Source: Lytechinus pictus
Lineage: Eukaryota
DNA: 64,000 bases
Assembly: GCF_037042905.1 (NCBI RefSeq)
Contig: NC_087251.1
Span: 6,016,001 to 6,080,000 of the forward strand
Direction of reading: 5' to 3'
Positions 11,901 through 23,900 of this stretch are shown here, piece by piece. A program made the translations under genes and the position numbers. A model generated the notes under the pieces. It saw only the letters and a list, made by a program, of their open reading frames with translations, did not search any database and was not told the DNA's origin. Within the stretch, counting starts at the first letter, position 1, and each line of letters begins with the position of its first letter.

Positions 11901-14900
11901 TACAATCACAGATATGTATCTGAACGGAGGATACCTTTGCTAATGGAAAATCTATCATCAATTACCTTGCCTAAAAATTTGATGTCATTGGGTATCACAA
12001 CACATTGAATACAATATTACAACACGGTGCAAGCCACTCACCCCCCCCCCCCCCCATTTTGTTTTGCAACAAAAGCACCACTACAGCCAAAAAAAAGGAT
12101 TTTTAATTTTACAGACAAAAAGAATGTCGGTGCAAAACTGAACTACCATTCCTTCCTTATTTCGCCCCAAGATATAATTACAATGGCAACAAACAGAACA
12201 AATATGGATGCGCCAATAAGAATGCAACATTAACGTTACATTATGGACCAATGAATTAAAGCAATATTGAAAAATCCTGCTTTGTAATCTTCTTTCCAGA
12301 GACCTACTTGGTAGATTGAAAGTTTAAAATTTTATATTATATGACAGTCTTAAATTTGATAAGAGCAAATTCTGCTCTGAAACTAATAATTTTCACAAAG
12401 CCTTTAACAAAATTCTTTTCAGGCTTGAACTACGCTTCAACAGGTGCGATCCATGACATATTTATATTACTTCATACAATTACCTCTGTTCTAAGAGATT
12501 TCCTTTTAGCCTTCTTCCTTGCTGATTTTGACGGTTCTTCAAGTCCCTGAATTGGTCGGCTAGGTGCCATGTTGTTTGGACCCAATACTGTCACATCACC
12601 TGATGTTATTGGTCTTTTCACCTGTTCATGTGAATCAAACATTTGCACTCAATTAAAGAAAATTGAAAGGATACACTTTTTTTACTGATGCATTGGTGGA
12701 TTCTAGCACTGTATGTCTTTGGCTAACACAATGATGAATATCAAATCAAGCGTCAGCAGATTGGCAACCTTGCAACCAGCTTCATAGTACTCAAAGGCTG
12801 AAAATGCATGTGTATTGGGTACAAATAAAAATCCATGCACATAGATGCAATGTTAGGAAGACAAATTTTACTTTTACGCAGTACAAAATACTAAAAACAA
12901 ATAAGAGGTCAGTACATCTGTATAATTTCTCAGGATCTCTTCAACCAAGACCCATACTTCTAAACAATTAATGTTTGTGATACTCACTCTGTCTCCAGCT
13001 TCATCTCTTCTCTTATCTGCATGTAAGTGGTCATCTCGTATTAAACAGAACTCTTTCTCTTTGGAATCTAAACTCTGTAACAAAACGAAGGGGGGGATGG
13101 CAATTATATCGTCAAATAGTATCATAACTCCAAAAAGACTTAACAATTCTTTGCACTTTTAACATCAAGTAATGATATCTTATAGACACTAGGAATGAAT
13201 ATCTAATGGACAATTATCAATCATGGTTGCATAAATCTCAGTGGTTTCTGTGGTAGACATGTTTTATCATTCACAGGTGATATGCGTGGTGCATGGGTTC
13301 TCATCATTGATTAGCAACCAATCACTTGAAAAACTGTTTCTGTTTTTACAGTCAAATAACCATTCAGGTGATATTTCCAAAGACCCTTTCCAAACATTGA
13401 TATCTCAAATCAATGTCAAGCTAACTAAACAAACTATAGATACTTAATAATTTACAGTAAATCATATCCTATACATATCTCTTTAACACGAATCAACACA
13501 GGTAAAAATTAATTGCTCTTATGTTGACAATAAATGTATAACATTCAGAAGCACTCAGCCACTTGGCCAAGTAATTTCAAGACAAGAATGATTTAGGGAC
13601 CAAATAGACTTGCATTTCATGTTAAGTTTCTTGCAATGCCCCATAAGTCATAGTTAATAATGTACTGCTGGTACAGAAGAGTGTCATAACAATCACTGAT
13701 CCTAAAAACAAGTGGAATGCCTATGGCGGTCTCACCTGCATCACGCAATTCAATATAGCAGCAGTGCCGACTTTGAAAACTACTATCAAATATTTATTCA
13801 CAAAAAACACCATTCATATAATGATACAATACTACGTTCATTGACATTTGACCTTGATCATGTGACCTAAAACTTGTCAATGAAACTGGATTACCCCTAT
13901 ATCCACATTTTATACACTATATCTATAAATTTGGAAAGTTATGACAGCAATCTAATAACCTCTAAACTGGCCAAAGTTCAATGACCTTAAATGACCTTTG
14001 ACTTTGGTCATGTGACCTGAAACTCAGACGAAAAGTTCAAAGATACTTGATTACTTTTATGTCCAAGTTTCATAAATCAGATCCATAAACGTTGAAAGTT
14101 ATGATGGTAATTCAACAGATACCCCCCCCCCCACATGGCCAAAGTTCATTGACCTTTGACCTTGGTCATGTGACCTGAAATTCACACAGGATGTTTAGTG
14201 ATACTTGATTACTCTTATGTCCACGTTTTATGAACTACACCAATAAAATTTCAAAGTTATGACGGTAATTCAACAAATACCCCCAACTTGGCCAGAGTTC
14301 ATTGACCTTACATGACCTTTGACCTTGGTCATGTGACCTGAAATTCGCACAGGTTGTTCAGTGATACTTGATTACTCTTATGTCCAAGTTTCATGAATCA
14401 GATTCATAAACTTTCAAAGTTATGATGGTAATTCAACAGATACCCCCAATTTGGCCAAAGTTCATTGACCCTAAATGACCTTTGACCTTGGTCATGTGAC
14501 CTGAAACTCAGGCAGGATGTTCAGTAATACTTGATTAACCTTATGGCCAAGTTTCGTGAACTAGGTCCATATACTTTCTAAGTTATGCTGTCATTTCAAA
14601 AACTTAACCTTAGGTTAAGATTTGGTGTTGACGCCGATGCCGTCGGAAAAGCGGCGCCTATAGTCTCACTCTGCTATGCAGGTGAGACAAAAACCCCAAA
14701 ATCATTTTACTCACTAATGATTCAAAAGCTGGCTTGAGATTGACACCATAGGCAATCTTGAGTTGTGGTTGACTTTCAACTAAATGAAGTTGTGATGTCA
14801 AGATTGGAATAGGCCTTGCAGGAGAAAGTTTGCTTCCCTCTGTTGTCACGTTGACCACATGTCTTGCTTGAAATGGTTTTCTTGCCCTTCTGCATGATCA

Positions 14901-17900
14901 GAAACAAGACTGACTTTCAAATATATCACTTTTTATCAACAGCAATCAAGTTTTATAATAAAAATCTTGTGATTATCATTACACCATTTGTGCTCGCCAT
15001 GTGTCACTGAATCAAATAATAAACAATGATAGTGGATACTTATATAATTCACATATCAACACACAAAGTTCCTAAAGGTGCTCTAATATAACCTTGGTGA
15101 AGATAGTCAGCCAATTATTGTGTGCACAACATTCACATGACTTTTCCTGCAAGTATATATCTACATATTGTCCTAGGTACAGGGAGTGGTGACAAATGTA
15201 GATAAATGTCATGCTGAAGAACATAAGTAAGGTATTTCATTTTCAGTCCCTGGGAAGAGGGGGGGGGGGGGAGGATTATGGACATTTGGAAGAATGAATA
15301 CTTATTATCAATCATTAATCATGGTTGCTACAATCTCAGTGGTTTCTGTGGTAGACATGTTTTATCATTCACAGGTAATATGCGTGGTGCATGGGTTCTC
15401 ATCACAGATTAGCAACCAATATCCCCCCTTCCCCCATGGCTTTAATACTTTCCTGATTTCTTCTATTCTACAGCTTACCCATTAAGTACAGTCTGGAATA
15501 TGTGGACTTGTCCTGATTGACAGACTACAGAAGTGTACACCTCCTGCAAGGAAAACAGAATAAATCTAGTTTTAAAAATGTAAAGCAGTTGATGAAAGGG
15601 GGGGGGGGGGGTATAGACATTGTCACATCACTCGCATGCAAAAACTGCACACTGCTTATCATTTATCTGAAATGTGATGACAAAATATATTACAATAATA
15701 TCAAATGATCACATAAGGTTAAACTTTATGATTATTCCCACATGAGCGAATACATAAAGGATAATGAAAATTAGTAGATATAATGAAATGTAATGTCCTG
15801 TCAAAAATATGGAGTATGCTTGTTTTGCTACTTTTGCTTATTTTGCTAATTTCTAAGCAATGACAGATTTTCATTTATCAATACAAGTATACAAACGGTT
15901 GAGTGGTCATTTCATTATATTCTGTTCATACTGAGTTTGAGATCAATACAACTGACATTTACATTTAATAAAAAATAAGCAACTAAGCAATAGAACCAGC
16001 GTAGGAAAGACACAGGCGCCCCAAGATCTGTCACAAACAATTTTCAAGATTATTTAGAAATTCAATATTCTTACTATAGCAGAGTAATGATTTTTGTATT
16101 TACTGCATAAATGCTTGTTGCTCCTAAGAAATAGCCCTTAAATGAAAGGAACATCCCCCCAAATTCTGCTATTCCCCAATGTGGAAAAAAGATAGCCCCT
16201 AAAAAATAATTCCTACCCTGAATAGCAATACAGTAACCATGCAGCGTTAATGTGTATTCATCCCATATCAATTCCCATGTTAAAAACTAATACACCAACA
16301 GCAAATCATTATATTGTTTATATTCATCACACCTCTTGTTAGAAATGTCACAATTTTTTAAATAAATAAATAAAAAATAATTACCGAATCTGAAGACACA
16401 CAGACATCAAAATCACTGGGCTCATCTGGAACAGCAAATGAGGCAAGAGGAGCCTTGTCCTTACTGCCTGATTTAATTTGCCTAGAAGACAAAATATAAT
16501 TTGATATTCAAAACACATCCTTTTTTTTTTACTGTTTAACACCTAGGCATTTCCAGTATAGCATTTGATGGTTGCATAAATCTCAGTGGTTTCTGTGGTA
16601 GACATGTTTTATCATTCACAGGTGATATGCGTGGTGCATGGGTTCTCATCATTGATTAGCAACCGATTAATACAAGATTAAACCTCTAAGTATATTTAAC
16701 TATAAAAAGTACAAATGAATGGAAGCAGAATGAAACTAATGTTTACAATAAACAATGCCACTATCATGGATGTAATATTATACGAGTATCAGCTTCACTG
16801 AAATGAAGATAGTGATTTCTCCAAGATGGAGTACAAATTAAGTGCCTCAAATTTTCATAACACTCTGAAATAGTGAATCATACTGGAAGTTCTCAACTAT
16901 TCCAAAATAGAAGATACGAAAATATGGATACTTTCCAATTCACTGAAACCTAAAACAAATGCTAAGTTTAAATTATCCAGTGGACTCAGGCTTAGAAATC
17001 TGTGATCACTTTGGTAGTATAGTGGCACATTACAGAAAGACTACCATACTCACCAGACATTCACAATTCTATCACTAACAGCTGATGACATGAAATAGAG
17101 TCCTTCAACCGAGTCCAGAGGATCATCTTTCTCAGAATCTGGTGAAAATGTGGGTACCACCCTCAGTCTAGTCACAGGGCTGGCATGACCAGTGAATTTC
17201 TAGAGAGGAAATGGATGGTTATACCAGATCAATGATGTGCACAATGAGTGCCCCTGCCCCCCCCCCAAAAAAAAAATAATGTTATGAACACCAAAAGTGA
17301 GAGATGTCAGAGATGTCATATCAGAAATGGACCATCTCGCAGAAATCGTATAAATACAAACAGAAATTCTGACAGAATAAAGAAATTCCTTAATATAACA
17401 GACTTTGATAAAAAAGAATTGAAGATTAAAACAAGAGGAATAAAGATGAGGGAAGAATAAAACTGATACACAATTTATAGATGACCATAACAAAAAGATA
17501 ATCATGCAGAGTACATAAACTTGATATGCATATCAACCAAATCATAGGATAACTTACTTTTAAGACAGCTTTGGTGTGAAGATTCCAGAGTTGGATTGCT
17601 CTACCTGCACTTAGCATTGTAGTTCCTCCCGGACAAACACATATTGAATACACAGATGTTTTGTCTCCTTTCCACTTACTTCAAGGGGTGAAAATCAGAT
17701 ACAAAAACTCTACATTAGATTTGATGCTATATATTGGAGTTACAAACTTGTTTACCTACAATACATAAGAGTGATTTTGAAAAATGATACCATCATGTGT
17801 TCATGAAACAATTTTGATTTGTTATTTCTTGCAATCGACAAACTCATAAATACAACATATTAAATATATCAATGCGTTTAAAGCGGTTCTCCAGGCTGAA

Positions 17901-20900
17901 AATAATATGATCTAAACAAGTTAAGAAAAATCTGACCAAAAAAAAAAAAAATGAAAATTTGATCAAAATCGGACAAGGAATAACAAAGTTATGGCATTTT
18001 AAAGATTTGCATTATTCCGATGAAACAGTTCTCGGCAAGTCTTTATGAATATTCATTGAGCGAACTGATGATGCCATATCAGTAGCGTACACGGGGGTGT
18101 GGGGCGGTGGTGTTACATGGGTTCGACCCCCCCCCTAAATTTTTTTGATACCCAACCTCGCCCTAAACATTTTTGTAAACCTTTTTTTTTTGGGGGGGGG
18201 GGCTTGTCATATTTTTTTTTGGAGGTACAAAACGACAAAATTTGTGTTGAAGACCCTTTTTTTTCTTGCTTGTCATTATTTAGGGTAGGAAACCTAAAAT
18301 TTGTGGTCATTCAGCTTGAACCCCCCTTTCAAAAATCCTGCCTATCTACTGTGTGATATCCCCACTTGTTCTTTAGTATTTCATTATACCAAATTAGGTT
18401 TATTCAAATTCTTTCCTACAAGAACCAAAAATATTGGAATAACAACTGATTAAGTGCATTAGATATTCATTGCTGCAACTTATTTCATTATAAGGGAGAT
18501 ATACCATTCACACATGTATGAAAAAATGAAACTATTGTGATTTCATGTAATAACATAAGAAAAATGAAAGTAGGGATGTGACATCATCAGCCCATCTAAT
18601 GAATATCCATGACGTGCATATAAATGGTCGTGTGGTCCAGTGGTTACAGCATTGGACTCATAATCGCAAGGTTGTGAGTTCGAATCCACACTCTGCCATT
18701 GTCTCCACTTTGATGAAAAGGCCAGAGAGCAATATCTGTCATCGGTAAGGACAGTCACTACATTTTTTCACAATATAGTGCTAAACTAACTTCGCTATTT
18801 GTTCTCAGATTTTGATAAAATTGTCAGCATTTATGGCCCGGAGCATCCCTTTTAAACAATGCTTTAAAAAGAACTTAAAACAAACATACATTCTCTGTGT
18901 GTTTTTCTCATTCCCCTTTAGGGGAGATCAGGGTTAGTTGGAATGCGGGGTAAGTTGAAACATTGTAATTTTCTTTAACGCCAAATAAATTTATGCAATA
19001 CTGCCCTCAATTTACTGCTATTATCAACAGCCATCCACCATATTACATACAACACACGTGCAACAAGCCTGGTGAAGTTAGAAAGGAATTTTTGTTTTTT
19101 CACCTTCTGAGTAATTTTTTTCTCTTTCAGAAATTTTTTATTATCTCAGAGAAGTTTATAAATTAAGTTGGCCTGTTTGGGGGTATAATGGACACTTACA
19201 AGTACCAAGCTACAAAATAAGGTTATTGATATGCCATGGTGAAGTCCTGTTTTTGTGCTGTAAGCTTATAAATGTCAATGGGCCTCTGGGGTTAGTTGGA
19301 ACAAAATTGAAGGGGCTAGTTGGAACATGTTCCAATTTACCCCAAACATAATTACAAATAAAAACATTGGATATGAGAAATACATGTAAATGTATACAGT
19401 ATTTCACACTCTTCTGAACAATACATTGTATATAGGGACAGTGATTTTCCGTTAAAAAAAAAAATGCCTATCCCGTTTCAGAAAATCCTAAATTCCCTTT
19501 CAGCATGTCAGAAAGCGGAAATTCTGTTTCCCCATAGACTTTGTGTACAAGCAAAAGTAGCAATTCCGTTTACCCATTGAATAGCAATTACAACACTCGC
19601 GCTGGTCAAAATTTGTATCTGCCATTGTACCAACAACGCAACAGAATCCGTTCTAATTGGATCTATGCGGGTACACAAAATATTTTGACAAACACATTTA
19701 ACATGAATAAATCCTCACCTTTCATAATATTAGCATTATTTTACGGTTAAATGAAATTTCGATTATTATGGGGTTTTTTGGACATCGTTTTCAGCAGTCA
19801 ATGATTTTCGCCTATCCACCATTTTGGATTTCAAGACCTCGATATCGTGCTGTTATATCTTCGAACGTAGAGGGCAGAACACACGACCGTGTTGTTCACG
19901 ATGTGTGCATGTGAATGTTGTTTTCGATATAAGCCCAACCCGGCCGCGCCAGGTACGGGCGAGGGGTACGATCTAGTGTGATGAAGTCGAGTGCAGTCAC
20001 GATGTGTGAACTGTCATGATTGTAGCGAAGTGAGACCTAGTTTTCTGGGGTTTTGTGGCCATTTAATATTCATATTTTGAGGAAAAATATGTTTTCCGTG
20101 ATTTACCGTTTGAAATGCCACTTTCCTTTTCAAAAGGCCCTTTCCGTGAATTCCATCCGTTTTCCGCGATCGCGGAAAAATCACTGTCCCTATGTATACC
20201 ATGCTTGTTTTGTTTCTCAGTTAGGTATGAGTGTGCATTAAGGCCTATAGTAGGCCCCTAAAGCAATATCAATATTAACCCTTATCAAACTGGGGGGGGG
20301 GGGGAGGGTCAATTTGAGCCCCTCCTCAAATTTCGTCACTACGCCGTCGCGCGAAATTTTTTGACCGTACCGCTCGCTGGCTTTTTACTTTCAAGTCTTG
20401 CGCATCTTTTGAGACCAAATTTGCGATGCCTGGGTGCGCGGTTTCGAAATTACGCAACATTTTGTACTCTGCAAACCACCATGAACCGCCACCTATACCG
20501 GCAATGTGCGATTGCCTCTTTAGGCTACTCGATGTCTGTTGTGTTAATATTCTGAAGGTACAATAAAAACATTTTCACGGTTTCTTTTTAAATGACATTG
20601 ATATTTCATTTAATGAAATGCTAATTTATGCATGAAATAAGACATTTGCTCTAATCAACTATCATACTGCCCAAAACTGCTAATTTTTCATTCACAGACT
20701 CTTTATACTTCAAAATTTACTTCAAAACAAATTTGGTATCTCAATTTTTTTCTTATGTATAAATATTTGTTTTTTTATTTCTTCATGTATTTCTTTGTTA
20801 TTTAATTGTTTTTTTTCGATGGACATTGTTGCAGACTTAATTCTGACCATAAAAAAATTAATAAGTTTTATCTGTAAAAGTAGAAATAATGATATATTTA

Positions 20901-23900
20901 TGAATTTTTGCTAAATACACCATTTGCATTGGATTTGTACATGAATTCACGTTTTTTAGCAGTTTGGGTCCGACATGCACTTCCATAATGTTGAATAATT
21001 TCGCAATCGCGTACCCAGGCATCGCAGATTTGGTCTCAAAAGTTGTGCAAGATTTTAAAGTAAAAAGTCAGCGAGTGGCACGGTTTAAAAATTTCGCACG
21101 ACGGATTTATCGTGAAAAATGTAGAGGGGGCTGGGGGGGGGGGCAGAATCCATCCCCCTAGGCCTTTTAGGTTTAACTTATTTGTCATATGCAAAACCTC
21201 AGAAATATATATGTAGTATGAATTTTAACAAGCAAAATTAATCTCGGTGTATGTAATAGCACATGTTATGACCCGAAATTGTTGAAAAGAGAAACATTTT
21301 ACTTTTAAAGTAAATTCCCCAAAGAAGCTTACACAATGGGTAATATAACCAGCTTTAAGCCTTGCAGCTCTAATCTATAATGGTCTACATTGAAGCCTTG
21401 AAGATTTTAATTGTTTTGGCCAATCACAGCATTGATAGCAACATTCTATGTCATTTAAAAAGAACCTTGATTACCTTCTGACAGTCCTATTTGTGATATC
21501 CCATTCCACAATGTACCTGTCTTCTGAACAGCTGTATAAAGTATTATCACTAGAATGCCAGCATACATCATTGACTGTATCATCATGACCTCCATCCTAA
21601 GAAGAAACATCATTATTGTAGTGTGTTATTTTATAAGCTAAAGATCAATTTACAAGTCTTTAGCTTGTTAGATTGCTTCATCTTGTAAGCCTCTGCAAGT
21701 TATCCATTTCTCATTGAAGTCTTTAAAAGTTTTACTGAAGTAAAAAGATGTTAAGAATAAAATTTGTGAATAAACTGCATCAAATAAATTGATCAGGCAC
21801 ATTATGAATAGTGGAATGCCTCTGGCGGTCTCACCTGCATCACGCGATTCAATATAGCAGCAGTGCTGACTTTGAATACTATAAAATAATTATTCACAAA
21901 AAACACCATTCATATAATGATACAATACTACGTTCATTGATATTTGACCTTGATCATGTGACCTAAAACTTGTCAGTGATACTTGATTACCCCTATATCC
22001 ACATTTCATACCCTATATCTATAAACTTTGAAAGTTATGATAGCAATCTATTAATTACCTCTAAAATGGCCAAAGTTCAATGAACTTAAATTAAGCCCGA
22101 GTCATATCGATTATTTTGAAAACCGGTGTTCTACAGTTTTAATTCGATCGAACATCGATGCATCGAATTGTGTAGGCGGCGAAAGTCGAGTCATTTTTGT
22201 TTGCTCCGGCCGGGAGAGCGTTGCACAAGCAGATGACAGAGCAAAGTTCGTTTGCATTTTCCATGATTACAAAACACAAAAAAGGCCGGGACCAATGCAG
22301 AGTTCTTCCCAAAATATCTTCAACAATGATATTTGCAGATGACAACATATAAGTTTAAATTGAAACAATATTAAAGATAGTGCTGTAGCCGAACCGCCGA
22401 ACCGAACGGTAGTTCGCCGAACATGGCACTTCCGAACCGAACACTAAGACTTGGTTCGGAAGTTCGGCCAAAAAAAAAAAAAACGGCTTTCAGCTAATAA
22501 ATTTATAAGTTTACACCCTTTCTAATCATTATATTTGCGCATTCTCTATTTAATCTTCTTTGCAATTGTATGTTGGAAGTATGCGCTTATTTTGCGGTTA
22601 CTAGATTTTGTTTTCATTTTCATGTTGACATTGTGGTTTTTACGGCCCTGATTAAGAAAGGAGATCCGATGAATGATGTTGCGCGAGCTTGCGCTATAAT
22701 TATTTTACTGGCTTTCATCATCTCTCGCTCTGTGGCCGAATCGCCGAAGCATGGTAAAGAAAACCAAAACTGTATGAGTGTTCATTGGTTAAATCTAATT
22801 ATCTAAAATATTGTTGTTTTTAGGTGGCGAACAAGATTCTTGTTTGAAAATCTTCAAAGTATTTTGAATGAACGAGCTCAATGAACTGAAAGTGAAAGAT
22901 GAAGTACCATTAATATTACGAATTACGATACGATGTGATTAAGATCGTAACTCGTGTATTGTTGCGGCGGAGAATAAAGATCTGATTGAGGTGATTGACA
23001 TTATTATTGAGGTGTCGGCTCGCTACTGTCTAGTTTTCATGATTTTAGAGAGAAGTAAAGAGTTTTGAAAACGAGAGATCCAGTGAAAGTGGGAAATAAA
23101 GTGAGTGACTGTTAGAGATGGAAAGGAGAGACGCAAAACAAATAATATAGAAATGAGATGAGGTGAAGTTATCTTTTTTATTATTAACAATCAGATGAAA
23201 ATAAAAATCAAACACTCATGAATGATTACGGTATAGCATATAGCAAGATCCCCTTCCCCTCGTTGACAAGTTGAATGAAGATAAAGCCATGCGGAAACAT
23301 TCATCTCTTGGGGGAAAATGACCCCCAATCTTTATTTTTTTTCCCTTTCTTATCAACTTCTCAAATTAACCATAAACAATTCGATGATCACTCTACTCCC
23401 CCTGTCCCATTACAGTCGTAAAACTTTGCATCCCACTTGGTCTGTATGTTCATGGTCGAATGAAATCTGACCAATGAAATCATAGAAATCTCGGGAATTG
23501 CTCTTCAATCAGTGAGCTGAGTTTCGCGAGCAGACAAAGCACGTGGCTGTATGTACCGATGCGACAATCAGCGACATGCGATTGGTGGTTTAGTTCACCC
23601 ATCGAGCCAATTAGCGAAAGGCGCATTACATAAGCACGCTTTCTTCGACACGCCCCTGGCCCTACTATGCCTACAGTTCAGTGCACTGGCGCTGGCCGAT
23701 GCAATTGCCAATCACGTTTGGCCGGACTGTATATATAAATATTCATGAGCTCAGAGTCCCGCTAGCATGCGCTGGCCTAGCTGGTACGAGTGCGAGCGTA
23801 GTTAATTTGGCAAGTATCCAAAGTGTGGTCCAGGTATGGACGACTAGGAAGAGTCGCCATTTTAGAACTGTGAGTTACCCAATAAATCTGTCATCAGATA

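Noticed and set aside
12080..12095. TTGGCTGT on the minus strand, resembling part of the SNORD53/92 guides
   Set aside because: No adjacent box D, box C or terminal stem
12726..12813. Plus-strand ATGATGA...CTGA with short ACACA/TGTGT stem in intron 9
   Set aside because: Antisense to WDR43, single copy, no recognisable guide; likely chance
14998..15130. Possible further H/ACA-like fold in intron 7
   Set aside because: Second hairpin weak and no target found; needs a covariance-model search
18626..18698. Functional tRNA-Met gene
   Set aside because: Acceptor and anticodon stems mispaired, no poly-T terminator directly after; SINE-like tail
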